A stretch of DNA of 64,000 nucleotides from Flavobacteriales bacterium (GTDB taxonomy: Bacteria > Bacteroidota > Bacteroidia > M30B66): the NCBI GenBank assembly GCA_040403315.1, contig JBBAKX010000002.1, positions 377,944 through 441,943 of the forward strand, written 5' to 3'. This document shows, one piece after another, positions 19,138 to 29,297 of this stretch (position 1 is the first letter of the stretch; every line of letters starts with the position of its first letter). The notes beneath the pieces were generated by a model. That model did no database searches and was not told the DNA's origin. It saw only the letters and a list, made by a program, of their open reading frames with translations. A program made the position numbers and the translations under genes.

Positions 19138-20178
19138 ATGAATCCGGAACAACGAATCAAGGCTTTTGTTGAATTAGGCCACGAAATCAGGGAGATAGCT
19201 CAAGTTGAAACCAACAATTTGAACATCCGTCAGCAACAACTTCAGGAGTTGGCAGCCAATCTTTACCTCAATAATGCTTGGTTTACTCCTACCAACACCT
19301 TGCAAGCGCTCGATGGCATCTCTAGGTTGCTTGAGGAGAAGGCCCTCCGCAGATGGTTGGAGCAGTATCCACTTCAAGATGATCAAGACAAAACTGTTGG
19401 AGTAGTGATGGCCGGGAATCTTCCAGCCGTTGGGTTTCATGACTTCATGTGTGTTCTTTTATCGGGATGCCGGATTACAGCCAAATTATCGTCCGACGAT
19501 AGACTCCTTATTCCGGCGCTAGCCGCCATGCTTGTAGCCATAGAACCTAAATTTGCGGATAGAATTCACTTCACAGATGGGAAAATGCCGCCCTTCGATG
19601 CCATAATCGCAACTGGCAGCAATAATTCTGCTCGTTATTTTGAATATTACTTTGGAAAATATCCGAATATCATACGTAAAAGCCGAACCTCGATCGCCAT
19701 TTTGGATGGAATGGAAACCGAATCTGATTTAAAAGGACTTGCAGATGATGTGTTTATGTATTTTGGGATGGGCTGCCGAAGTGTAACTAAATTTATGGTT
19801 CCACTCGATTTCGATCCAGTACCGTTTCTGGATGCAACAGCACATTGGGATAATTTAATTCATCACAGTAAATATTTGAACAATTACGAGTATAGTCGTG
19901 CCGCATTTTTAGTGAATAGCATTCCACATTTCGATACTGGATATTTATTGATGCGGCAAGAAAATGCACTGCATTCGCCCATTGGAGTATTGAATTTCGA
20001 ACGGTATACAAACCGTGAAAGTTTGATACACAGTGTAAACGAACAAATAGAAAATTTACAATGCATTGTGGCACGTGAGGGAATTTATGAAGGCAGCGTT
20101 TTGCCTGGAAATGCACAAAAACCTGGTCCGATGGACTATGCTGATAACGTAGACACGATGAAATTTCTTCAATTTTGA
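19138..20178 (+). CDS. Acyl-CoA reductase (LuxC-like, ALDH fold)
   Basis: NAWFT, MAGNLPAVGFHD, KLSSDD, ATGSNNSARYF, YFGMGCRSV. Start set at ATG 19138. Confidence 0.88.
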   Translation: MNPEQRIKAFVELGHEIREIAQVETNNLNIRQQQLQELAANLYLNNAWFTPTNTLQALDGISRLLEEKALRRWLEQYPLQDDQDKTVGVVMAGNLPAVGFHDFMCVLLSGCRITAKLSSDDRLLIPALAAMLVAIEPKFADRIHFTDGKMPPFDAIIATGSNNSARYFEYYFGKYPNIIRKSRTSIAILDGMETESDLKGLADDVFMYFGMGCRSVTKFMVPLDFDPVPFLDATAHWDNLIHHSKYLNNYEYSRAAFLVNSIPHFDTGYLLMRQENALHSPIGVLNFERYTNRESLIHSVNEQIENLQCIVAREGIYEGSVLPGNAQKPGPMDYADNVDTMKFLQF

Positions 20179-20207
20179 TTTTTATGAATAATTAAATCCG
20201 CGATAAA

Positions 20208-20651
20208 ATGAAAGATTATATGAATTTCTTTTTGGATGAGGAGCAGGTTATTTCCGCATCAGATCAGCCCGATGAAGGGATCGATTATGCCTATATGCTT
20301 CAAAAAGAAGATTTAGATTATTTGTTAGAAGTGTGGGATCAATACAGCGAAGAATGGAAGTCTGGAATTTGTTTTTTCGTTGGTTGTGCGCCTTTGGAGG
20401 ACAGCCTGAATCTATTGATACACGGACTAAATGATTCTCATGAAGAAATAAAATTTCAGTCATTGTGTTCGATTTTACAAAGTGCAGAAGAAGAATTAGA
20501 AGACTTTGGAAATTTACCTTCTATATTAAATCCTTTACTTGTAAAAAGATTAATGACGGAGATTCAGCAATCGAGTCAGCAGCATGTTTTGGAAGAGGAT
20601 TTCCCTGAAGTTTTATCGGCATTAAGAAATAAAGCACAGAATTTACTTTAA
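20208..20651 (+). CDS. Hypothetical acidic helical (HEAT-like) protein
   Basis: 147-aa ORF filling the gap between co-oriented genes; no recognised family. Confidence 0.6.
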   Translation: MKDYMNFFLDEEQVISASDQPDEGIDYAYMLQKEDLDYLLEVWDQYSEEWKSGICFFVGCAPLEDSLNLLIHGLNDSHEEIKFQSLCSILQSAEEELEDFGNLPSILNPLLVKRLMTEIQQSSQQHVLEEDFPEVLSALRNKAQNLL

Positions 20652-20655
20652 AAGT

Positions 20656-21930
20656 ATGTCGAAGCATTTGCTCATTTTAGGATTGGTTTGGCCAGAACCC
20701 AATTCTTCGGCTGCTGGAAGCCGAATGATCAAGATTATCGAACTTTTCCTTTCAAATGATTGGAGAATTACCTTTGCAAGTGCTGCTCAAAAAAGCAAAT
20801 TTTCTTATTTAACCGAAAATCGAAAAATTGAAGAGGAAAATATTCAAGTAAATGACTCAGAATTTGATCAATGGATTTCGAATTTAAATCCTAACGCTGT
20901 ATTATTCGACCGTTTTGTCATGGAAGAGCAATTTGGGTGGAGAGTTGCAGAATTTTGTCCTGATGCTATTCGAATTCTCGATACAGAAGATTTGCATTTC
21001 CTCCGATATGCAAGGCACCAAGCAATAAAAGATACGTTTATACCTAGTCAAGTTGATCTCCAAAATGATCATGCCAAACGAGAGATTGCTGCAATATTAA
21101 GATGCGACATTTCATTAATTATTTCCAGTTATGAAATCGAGTTGCTTTTAAATGAATTCAACTTAATTAAAAGCCATTTACATTATTTGCCTTTTAAAAC
21201 TGATTTCGACAAAAATGTAAAACTGAAATCATTCGAAGAAAGAGCAGACTTTGTAAGTATTGGAAATTTCTTTCATGCACCAAATTTGGATGCTGTAAAA
21301 ATCCTCAAAAAGCAGCTATGGTTGCCTATTAGAAAATCTCTACCGCATGCGAAACTAAATATTTATGGAGCATACATTCCTCAGCAAGTGCTGGAAATGC
21401 ATGATGAAAAAACTGGATTTATCGTTCATGGCAGAGCGGAAAATGCTAAAACAGTTATAGAAAACTCGAAAGTTTTATTGGCTCCATTGCGATTTGGAGC
21501 GGGCTTAAAAGGAAAATTGTTAGATGCGATGGAATCAGGCACTCCAACAATAACAACATCGATTGGCGCTGAAGGAATGATTTACCAAGACAAATGGAAT
21601 GGAATGATTGCCGACAATCCAGAAGCGTTTATTGACGATGCAATTGAATTATACACCAATCAGAAACTTTGGGAGTCTTCGCAAAAAATTGGGATTGAAA
21701 TAATTCGGAATGTTTTTTCTACAGCTGTTCACGAAGAAAAGCTGATTGAAAAAATTAACGAGCTTTCAGATTTATCAAATAAAGAAATTCATCGAAGAAA
21801 GAATTTTATGGGTTCGATGCTTATGCATCATACTGCACAAGGCACAAGATACATGTCGAAATGGATAGAATTAAAAAATCAGACCCAAAACAAAATGGGC
21901 AATTCATCCGAAGATAAACTGCCCAATTGA
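20656..21930 (+). CDS. Glycosyltransferase (GT-B, family 4-like)
   Basis: WPEPNSSAAG, DTEDLH, GNFFHAPN, PLRFGAGLKGK..AM..GTP. Confidence 0.88.
   Translation: MSKHLLILGLVWPEPNSSAAGSRMIKIIELFLSNDWRITFASAAQKSKFSYLTENRKIEEENIQVNDSEFDQWISNLNPNAVLFDRFVMEEQFGWRVAEFCPDAIRILDTEDLHFLRYARHQAIKDTFIPSQVDLQNDHAKREIAAILRCDISLIISSYEIELLLNEFNLIKSHLHYLPFKTDFDKNVKLKSFEERADFVSIGNFFHAPNLDAVKILKKQLWLPIRKSLPHAKLNIYGAYIPQQVLEMHDEKTGFIVHGRAENAKTVIENSKVLLAPLRFGAGLKGKLLDAMESGTPTITTSIGAEGMIYQDKWNGMIADNPEAFIDDAIELYTNQKLWESSQKIGIEIIRNVFSTAVHEEKLIEKINELSDLSNKEIHRRKNFMGSMLMHHTAQGTRYMSKWIELKNQTQNKMGNSSEDKLPN
21887..21925 (-). terminator. Intrinsic terminator of the DUF4139 gene, lying inside the 3' end of the opposing glycosyltransferase CDS
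   Basis: Minus strand TGGGCAGTTTATC-TTCG-GATGAATTGCCCA-TTTTGTTTT (cUUCGg tetraloop). Confidence 0.75.
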
Positions 21931-21959
21931 TAGGTTTAATTTGAAGGAAATATTTTTTT

Positions 21960-23597
21960 CTACCGCTCAATAACCTGCTTGTCTTTTGGATATTCGACAG
22001 AATAACCCAGTTTTATTTTAGCAGTTTCGCTTGGTTTAATTTTCAAGTTCCAAAGTAATTTACCGTATTCTTCGTTATATTCTGCGTTGCCTTTTTCTTC
22101 GATTTCTACTTCGATTGTTTTTTGTTTAGAAATTGGCACTTGATCTAGAATTTCGATTTCAATTGCAGTTGTTTTATTGTTTCTAATAATGGTTTCGTAA
22201 ACATATGTTTCCTTTTGTGAATCACTCAAGATTTTCTTTGATGATTTATCTTGTAATTTAATTCTTTTAATTACAATTCGCTCATCTCTTCCCAATGAAA
22301 TCAGCAAAGTATCACCAGAAGCAGCAGGATTTAAATTAGTTTGGCCAACAAACATATCTGAATAAAAGATATTCGCAGGACCAGCTAAAAGATTGTATTT
22401 CCCGTAATCTGTAACCTTTGCAAGTAAAAACGCGGCAGGATCAAGTTTTGGAACAGCGTGGTATTTGAATGTGGCTGGCACATTGTAATTTTGAATTGCG
22501 CAAATATGTTCTTTGCCATCCGCTGGAATTGTTTGGCGAGCATCAATTTCAAACTCAACATTAATATCTGTTTCTGAAATATTTACTTCATAATTGAAAG
22601 GATTTGAATCCCATTCAAATGTTTCAGCAACACCTTTTGCAGTAGTGACATCATTGAATTGCACTTGAGCCATGTTCATCGAAACATTCGACAAGGTTGT
22701 AGGAGCGGCTGTACTTCTAACCGCATAGGTCACAAAATCAATAAACCTAGGATTCATAATTGGGCGGTTATTGTTCAAACTTGGATTAGCAGTAGAAACG
22801 CTTACTTTAATATCCTTCCAAGGGAAACCAGTATTTTGAAATATGCGAGCTTTGTAAAGTATATTTACTGGCTGAGTGGTATTGGCAACCTTGATATCAT
22901 ACATGGGCGTCCAACCAGCTTGTTGAACAATAAACGACGGCATCAATTGAAGCACTCCACCAACCTCTGAAGAAAAGCTTAATACAATTTCTTTTTCTGG
23001 TTCTTTGGGATTCTGACCCATTTCATCCATCTGACCCTGGAATTTATCACGCTTCTCAGCCAATTTTGTTTCCCGATAGGTGAGATCATGAAGTTTCTTT
23101 TTAATTTCCATCATGCGTTGACGATAGAAATCGGATAGCGTTACCAATTCAGCGGGCTTCAATCCTTCTTGGTTGCTACCCAATTTTTTATTGTTTTCGA
23201 TTAGGGCGACTTCTCCAGTGTAAACAGCTCTTTGCTCGGCAATCCAAACTAAATCTTGGTTAAAAACATTTATTGAGTCGAGGAGCTTTTTATAAGCACT
23301 ATTTTTTGAAGGTTCTTCATTTAATTCTGTGAAGTAATTCACACGTGTTGTTGCCGATAACAATGTAGCTGTTCCTTTCAAGGCAACTTGCAAACTTTGG
23401 TCGATCATGTGCATCGAAACTCCAGTAATAACAACTTCCGAATTTCCTTTCGGGATGGTAACATTCACCATTCGGGTTTCTTTGGCTTGACTGCGATAAA
23501 CGGTTACTTCAGTTACTTTTGAGGTGACTGGAATTTCATCTGCAAAGGATTGAAGTGAAAGTCCAAAGAGCGTGATTGCAAAAAGGAAGAGTTTCAT
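21960..23597 (-). CDS. DUF4140/DUF4139 (mucoidy inhibitor MuiA family) protein
   Basis: VTEVTVY, coiled coil, WTPMYD, QNTGFPW, AVPKLD, LDQVPIS. Confidence 0.88.
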   Translation of the reverse strand: MKLFLFAITLFGLSLQSFADEIPVTSKVTEVTVYRSQAKETRMVNVTIPKGNSEVVITGVSMHMIDQSLQVALKGTATLLSATTRVNYFTELNEEPSKNSAYKKLLDSINVFNQDLVWIAEQRAVYTGEVALIENNKKLGSNQEGLKPAELVTLSDFYRQRMMEIKKKLHDLTYRETKLAEKRDKFQGQMDEMGQNPKEPEKEIVLSFSSEVGGVLQLMPSFIVQQAGWTPMYDIKVANTTQPVNILYKARIFQNTGFPWKDIKVSVSTANPSLNNNRPIMNPRFIDFVTYAVRSTAAPTTLSNVSMNMAQVQFNDVTTAKGVAETFEWDSNPFNYEVNISETDINVEFEIDARQTIPADGKEHICAIQNYNVPATFKYHAVPKLDPAAFLLAKVTDYGKYNLLAGPANIFYSDMFVGQTNLNPAASGDTLLISLGRDERIVIKRIKLQDKSSKKILSDSQKETYVYETIIRNNKTTAIEIEILDQVPISKQKTIEVEIEEKGNAEYNEEYGKLLWNLKIKPSETAKIKLGYSVEYPKDKQVIER

Positions 23598-23794
23598 GTG
23601 ATTTGGCTATTCGTTGATTTTTTGATTTTCATCTAAAATTTGATTGAACTCCAAACTTAGACGAGCGTGCCAAGGTATGCAGATTTAAAAAGTGTGTTCA
23701 AGGCACACCGAAAAATTCTTTTAAATTATTGATAACGAGCTTAATTAATGTGTTTGTTAAGCATCAATCTAATTGTCTAAATTGCATACTGATT

Positions 23795-24265
23795 ATGAAA
23801 TCAATACTTGTTACAGTTTTTTTCTTCCTCAGTCTTATGAGCCAAGCACAAACGGATAGTCTACCCATTATAACTGGAACATTAAATGATACCCTTTTTC
23901 AATCTGAATGGTTTGCCAATTGGTCGCAATCTAAAGGCTACAAGCCAGATGCAGAAACAATTGCATCATTGGAAAAAGTAAATACTGAGAGTTTGAACTT
24001 CAAAATTTATTTAGGCACTTGGTGCGAGGATAGTCAGATTCATGTTCCTGCATTTCTAGTTGTTGCAGCGATGCTCAAATGGAAATATGAATTGATTGGC
24101 GTTAATCGTGAAAAAGAATGTCCGTTCGAAAAGAAAAATTGCAAGAATTGGGACATTACAAAACTTCCTACAATTGTTGTTTATCAGGATCAGATCGAAA
24201 AAGGAAGAATTATTGAAACACCTGAATTATCGGTTGAGAAAGACCTATTGAAAATCTTGAGGTAG
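23795..24265 (+). CDS. Secreted thioredoxin-like protein (CxxS motif)
   Basis: Signal peptide, GTWCEDS, LPT (cis-Pro loop), EKGRIIETP. Start set at ATG 23795. Confidence 0.8.
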   Translation: MKSILVTVFFFLSLMSQAQTDSLPIITGTLNDTLFQSEWFANWSQSKGYKPDAETIASLEKVNTESLNFKIYLGTWCEDSQIHVPAFLVVAAMLKWKYELIGVNREKECPFEKKNCKNWDITKLPTIVVYQDQIEKGRIIETPELSVEKDLLKILR

Positions 24266-24295
24266 CATTTAATTGCAATCCTGAGTTGATTTTTC

Positions 24296-25618
24296 TTACC
24301 CTTTTCGTTTGGGTTTCCCGTATTTCTCACGCATTTGCTGATCACGTGTTTTGCGCACATTCACTTTTTTATTCTTTTCCGATTTTTCATGGAAAGCGCC
24401 ACCACCTTCGTTTAGCTTAATTTTAATTTTGTAATCAGGCATTTTAACCTGAGGCATTTCATCTGGATTCAGGATTTCAGAAATCTCAACAGCTTCAGGC
24501 ATTTCAGCCCTTGGAATTGCATATTGCATGAGTTCCTCAATTTTGAGCACCATTTCAGCATCATTGGATAAAACAAATGATATAGAATCACCTTTAGCAT
24601 CAGCACGACCAGAACGCCCAATTCTATGAACGTAATTTTCGGTGGTTTCGGGAATGTCGAAATTGATCACATGCGAAACGCCCGTGATATCTATACCTCT
24701 AGAAAGAATGTCTGTAGCAACTAACATTCGTTGTTTGCCTTCAGCGAAATTCTCCACTGCTCTAAAACGCGCATTTTGGGCTTTGCTAGAATGGATTACG
24801 CCAGCCTCTCCAGGAAATTCATTTTCCAAATGATTATATAATTTATCAGCTAATTTTCTGCTAGAGGCAAAAATCAAAACCCTTTCCATCCCACCCCGAC
24901 TCAATATATAATTGAGCAAATTCAATTTGGTGTGGTAATTCGGCACCTGATAGGCCAATTGATTGATATTGGTTAGCGGACTTCCACTTGGGGCGGCTTC
25001 GATGCGCACTGGCATGCGGAAAAAAGTCTGAATCATGGAGTCTACTTCTTCCGAATAGGTTGCTGAAAACATTAACGTTTGTCGCTTGGGAGGCAATAAA
25101 TCGAAAACCCTTTCCAGTTGCGGCCTGAAACCTAAACTGAACATTTCATCTACCTCATCGATAATTACTCGCCTGATAACTTTCGATTTTATAGTACTAT
25201 CTAGCATCAAATCGAGCAATCTACCGGGAGTTGCCACCAGAATATCGAGCCCGGCGATAATTTGATCTCGTTGAGCGCGGATATTCACACCACCGTAAAT
25301 GCCAACTGCATCAACATTCATGTAAGGAGTAAGTTTCTTGATTTCCTCTACTACCTGAACAACCAACTCTCGCGTAGGAACAATGATTAAAGTGTATGGT
25401 AACTTATCTTTTGAGTACTTCCATAATCTTAAACATGGAAGCAGATATGCAATCGTTTTTCCTGTGCCTGTTTGCGCCAAACCAACCACATCATGCCCTG
25501 CCATCATTGCCGAAAAAGCCCGTTCTTGAATTGCTGTTGGACGGGTATAACCCAAATCATTCAGTGCATTGAGAATGGGAGTACTGAGATTGAGATCGGA
25601 AAATGAAATGGTTTGCAT
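24296..25618 (-). CDS. DEAD/DEAH-box RNA helicase
   Basis: Q motif PTAIQ, AQTGTGKT, PTREL, TPGRL, DEVD, SAT, SRGID, HRIGRSGR. Confidence 0.95.
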   Translation of the reverse strand: MQTISFSDLNLSTPILNALNDLGYTRPTAIQERAFSAMMAGHDVVGLAQTGTGKTIAYLLPCLRLWKYSKDKLPYTLIIVPTRELVVQVVEEIKKLTPYMNVDAVGIYGGVNIRAQRDQIIAGLDILVATPGRLLDLMLDSTIKSKVIRRVIIDEVDEMFSLGFRPQLERVFDLLPPKRQTLMFSATYSEEVDSMIQTFFRMPVRIEAAPSGSPLTNINQLAYQVPNYHTKLNLLNYILSRGGMERVLIFASSRKLADKLYNHLENEFPGEAGVIHSSKAQNARFRAVENFAEGKQRMLVATDILSRGIDITGVSHVINFDIPETTENYVHRIGRSGRADAKGDSISFVLSNDAEMVLKIEELMQYAIPRAEMPEAVEISEILNPDEMPQVKMPDYKIKIKLNEGGGAFHEKSEKNKKVNVRKTRDQQMREKYGKPKRKG

Positions 25619-25634
25619 AGCTTAATTTGGAGCG

Positions 25635-25642
25635 CAAAGATA
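25635..25642 (-). promoter_or_regulatory. -7 promoter element of the DEAD-box gene
   Basis: TATCTTTG on the minus strand, 16 nt before the ATG. Confidence 0.6.
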
Positions 25643-25757
25643 AGCGAAAACATCGGCACGACTAAGTTGCTGATTAAATGAACAATAGCTCAAACGCTCT
25701 CTCACAAAACACAAAATCCATTAAATAAAATGTACATTTAACGACTTACAAAAGACC

Positions 25758-26087
25758 ATGAAAAAACTATTCATTTTAGCTGCAATTACACTATTTGTTG
25801 CATGTTCGCCGAAAGTAACTAAGCCTGCAGAAACAGCAGTTGACCGTCCTAAAGTTCAATTTACGGATGAACAAATGGCAGAGTTGAACAAGGGCAAATT
25901 GATTTATGATCAAAACTGCGGATTATGTCACGCTGCAAAAAAAGTAAACTCAAGATCTGTAGAAGCTTGGAAAGGGGTTGTGCCAAGAATGGTGGTGAAA
26001 GTGAATAGGAAAACAGGCACAGAAACTATCAGTCAGGCCGATGAACAGGTGATGCTGAATTATCTAACAACAATGTGCAATCTATAA
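25758..26087 (+). CDS. Small c-type cytochrome lipoprotein
   Basis: Lipobox FVAC, heme motif CGLCH, W..VVPRM (distal Met). Confidence 0.82.
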   Translation: MKKLFILAAITLFVACSPKVTKPAETAVDRPKVQFTDEQMAELNKGKLIYDQNCGLCHAAKKVNSRSVEAWKGVVPRMVVKVNRKTGTETISQADEQVMLNYLTTMCNL

Positions 26088-26121
26088 TTCATAGATAGGA
26101 GTTTTGAATATATTTTCAGGC

Positions 26122-28062
26122 TTATTCATTTAAATGGATAAGCCTGAATACTTTTCGGTAATTACCTGATTCGCAAGCGAGAAAGTAAGTTCCAGCAGCC
26201 AAGCCCGACATATTAATTGTTATATCAAATTGATTATTATCCGATTTACGAAAATCCTTCAGCAGCAGGCAACCAGAACTTGAATACAACGAATAATTCA
26301 AGGATGGATCGTTAGAATTCAATGTTAAACGAGTGAATTCCTTTGCTGGATTTGGAAATAAAATAGCCTCTTGAATAGGTTTCTTCCGGTCGCCCGAATT
26401 TTGATTATTGCCTGATGTGAATGCAATTGCAGTTGTTGAATCTGTGCTTGCGACTTGTTTAATTTCAGTATTGTTTTCAGAGGATGATCGATTTTCTAGA
26501 AATGCAATTGCGTCGTTTTTATTCCCAACTCCAGACCTTATAAACACATCGATTAATTTGTCGTTTGAACATGATGCTAACACAGGAATGTCGGGCAATT
26601 TCGTTCTGACATCAAGTTTACCAGAAGTTATAATTGTAAACCTCCCCCTTTCAGCTTTAGATATGGTTTTAATGCCCGACTTTAGGTTTACTTGTTGCTC
26701 TTCGTGGCACATAAAACCTGATGCGAGATTGTTCCCATTTAAAGAAACACAAATGGGAAAACTAAATCCTCTGTCTGTACTCAAGGTTTTCCATAAAGCG
26801 ATGTTTTGATTGTCGGCAGAAAACAAACCCAGCCATGAATTGTGATTTTGACCTTGGCCTGTAATTAAAAGAGCGTCACTTGCTGCGTTTTTAAACGACA
26901 ATTCACGGGTAAATTCACCACCCATAATTTTAGTTCCATCAGGCAAAAATTGAAGAATACGAGACCTAGTATTAAATGCACCTTTTTTTCCAGTATGAAA
27001 TTGCACATCAATTAATTTACCTGCATTATCAAGTGCTACCCAACAAATTCCACTACCAGATCCTTGTGGAGCGCTTGTTTGATCATCATTCACTGTCAAT
27101 TCATCTTCATTAATATAAAATTCACTACCAAAATCTACCACAAAATGAAAATTGTTTTCTGAATCAAAATCTGCATTTAAAATTGGATATGCCCAAAATC
27201 CACCATAATATTTAATCCATTGTTTATCGCCAGATTCAGAGAGACACAATACAAAACCAGAATGTCGATTGACTCTATTGATTTCAGTATTACCAGATGC
27301 TGTGTACCAATCTATTTTCTTGTATTGAATTCTTGAGGAGAAATACACTTTCTGATCGGGCGAGATAAAAACCTTAGACTTGCCATCCAATTGATCATGT
27401 AATACTTGATTCTTAAAATATTGCTGCCAAACAATATCACCTTTGGAATTGTATTTAATTAAATATTCAGACGAAGTATAACATGAATCAGGAATCTTAA
27501 TTTCATCTCCCAAGAATCCTTTACGATAATACCCTGCGTAATAAATATTTCCTGAACTGTCCGAATCTATTGAAGTCGCTTCAGTCCATGTGGAAGTTTG
27601 GCTTCTGACCCACTCTAGTTTACCATCCTCGCTGTAAGTGGCTATAAAACTGGCATATCCACCTTTGTGTGTTTTCGTATTGCCATTTGTGGATGGAAAC
27701 ACAAGTTGATGATCGCAAAAACCAGCTACCGCTACACCTTGATTCTTCAACAATTTAATTGATCGAATTCTAGAGTCATTGTTGCTTAAGAAAGGCAGTG
27801 CCCAACGTGTTTTCCCTTGTTTCGATATCTTGATAAGAAATGATGCCACATGTTTAGGCGCTTCGAATCGTTTCTTGAGATCAGGAACTTCCATCCATCC
27901 ACCGTAGGTGCCAGCTGCATAAATATTGCCTTCAGCGTCAGTTTGAGTGCCAGCTAGATCAACATCGTAAAATCCTTTTAACACATAGGCCCATTCCGAA
28001 AGCGGTTCTTGAGCAAACAGATTATATGGAAACAAAAAAAGCAATGGCAGAAAGAACTTCAT
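26122..28062 (-). CDS. T9SS type A cargo protein with beta-propeller (SBBP-like) repeats
   Basis: Signal peptide, DAEGNIYAAG / DSSGNIYYAG repeats, CTD LFPNPA...LAAGTYFL...RLI. Confidence 0.82.
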   Translation of the reverse strand: MKFFLPLLFLFPYNLFAQEPLSEWAYVLKGFYDVDLAGTQTDAEGNIYAAGTYGGWMEVPDLKKRFEAPKHVASFLIKISKQGKTRWALPFLSNNDSRIRSIKLLKNQGVAVAGFCDHQLVFPSTNGNTKTHKGGYASFIATYSEDGKLEWVRSQTSTWTEATSIDSDSSGNIYYAGYYRKGFLGDEIKIPDSCYTSSEYLIKYNSKGDIVWQQYFKNQVLHDQLDGKSKVFISPDQKVYFSSRIQYKKIDWYTASGNTEINRVNRHSGFVLCLSESGDKQWIKYYGGFWAYPILNADFDSENNFHFVVDFGSEFYINEDELTVNDDQTSAPQGSGSGICWVALDNAGKLIDVQFHTGKKGAFNTRSRILQFLPDGTKIMGGEFTRELSFKNAASDALLITGQGQNHNSWLGLFSADNQNIALWKTLSTDRGFSFPICVSLNGNNLASGFMCHEEQQVNLKSGIKTISKAERGRFTIITSGKLDVRTKLPDIPVLASCSNDKLIDVFIRSGVGNKNDAIAFLENRSSSENNTEIKQVASTDSTTAIAFTSGNNQNSGDRKKPIQEAILFPNPAKEFTRLTLNSNDPSLNYSLYSSSGCLLLKDFRKSDNNQFDITINMSGLAAGTYFLACESGNYRKVFRLIHLNE

Positions 28063-28291
28063 CGAGATAAAATATAAAACGAAGGTAAATGAAATGCACG
28101 AAGCGTCGGGGATATGCTGAGTGCATTGTAAAGTTCAATGTCTTTCAAATTATTCATTGCTCCATTATGAAAATTGGATTAAAAATCGTGATAGCAACTT
28201 TCCATTTTTTCTTTAAGTTAGCCGCCTGATGATGGCAGTAGTAAATGTCAGCATTTCAAACTTAAATTTGTTTCCATTAAAACTCATTGTA

Positions 28292-28810
28292 ATGAAAATA
28301 ATTTATTTAAAACAATTTATATTTTTCATACTATTTTCAATTGTTCTTGTTTCCTGCAACACGCAAAGTAAAAAAGGCAAATGGTCGAAAGCTGATAAAA
28401 TTCGCTTTTATACCGAAATGGAAAAAGCCAAAGAGCTTGATAATCTTGGAGAAGATAAAAGGAAATGGATCGATTGTTATTTTGAAAAAGCTCAAGCAGA
28501 ATTCAATTCATATGATGATGCCGACAATGATCTCGAAGGTTGTAAAAAACTTGCAGGAATTTGCGGAAGTGAAATTATTGACCAAGGAAGCGAAATTGGG
28601 AAGTGGTCGGAAAGAGATAAGAAATTGTATTTTGATGAGATGAATAAGACCGATTTTTCTTCTCTTGGAGATATGAAAGACGACTATGTAAACTGTTACC
28701 TAAATAAGTTAGAGAACAATTTCCAATCGATTAGAATGGCAAATTTAGACACGCTTAAATGTGAAACATTAGCCCTTGAGTGCGCATCGGAATTGCTTCC
28801 AGCAAATTGA
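28292..28810 (+). CDS. Hypothetical lipoprotein with two tandem Cys-containing helical repeats
   Basis: Lipobox LVSC; repeats GKWSKADK..DCYFEK..CKKLAGIC and GKWSERDK..NCYLNK..CETLALEC. Start set at ATG 28292. Confidence 0.78.
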   Translation: MKIIYLKQFIFFILFSIVLVSCNTQSKKGKWSKADKIRFYTEMEKAKELDNLGEDKRKWIDCYFEKAQAEFNSYDDADNDLEGCKKLAGICGSEIIDQGSEIGKWSERDKKLYFDEMNKTDFSSLGDMKDDYVNCYLNKLENNFQSIRMANLDTLKCETLALECASELLPAN

Positions 28811-28844
28811 GATCAAGAACAATAAAATTTAATTACTTCATTCA

Positions 28845-29279
28845 ATGACAAAAAGAATTTTTACTGGCTTGTTTTTAATGATATTATTGCTTGCATCTTG
28901 CACCAATAAAAATAAACATCTAGGCACTTGGATAAGCCGCGACGACCGAGGCAATGAACTACAGCTTGTATTTCACGAAGATTCAACCATGAAATTAAGT
29001 TCGGCTGGAAATGTTATTATTTCTGATGAACCTATCGTTGTTGAGACGGGAGAAAAGATTGAAATTAAAGCAAAACTTGATCAAGAAAAATCTCCAATGG
29101 ATCTAGATTTTGTGATGTATGTGAACGGCAAATCTGATGAATCAAGAAGCATGCGCTGCTTGTTAAATGTTAAGTCGGCTGACGAAATGGAATTTCAAAT
29201 TGAAAGAAATAGCTCCGTTCGACCTGCCAAAATCGATACTTCTAGCCCAGGCTATCAATTGTTTAAGCGTGTTAAATAA
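28845..29279 (+). CDS. Hypothetical lipoprotein (lipocalin-like, LGTW motif)
   Basis: Lipobox LASC, HLGTW, SPMDLDF. Confidence 0.7.
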   Translation: MTKRIFTGLFLMILLLASCTNKNKHLGTWISRDDRGNELQLVFHEDSTMKLSSAGNVIISDEPIVVETGEKIEIKAKLDQEKSPMDLDFVMYVNGKSDESRSMRCLLNVKSADEMEFQIERNSSVRPAKIDTSSPGYQLFKRVK

Positions 29280-29297
29280 CGAGTACAATTAGAAAAA

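Noticed and set aside
24296-25618. DEVD instead of DEAD in the helicase
   Set aside because: A common tolerated variant; all other motifs are intact.
28093-28127. Hairpin AATGCAC..AGCGT..ATGCT..GTGCATT between divergent genes
   Set aside because: Short, no U-tail and no recognisable riboswitch features; cannot be told from chance.
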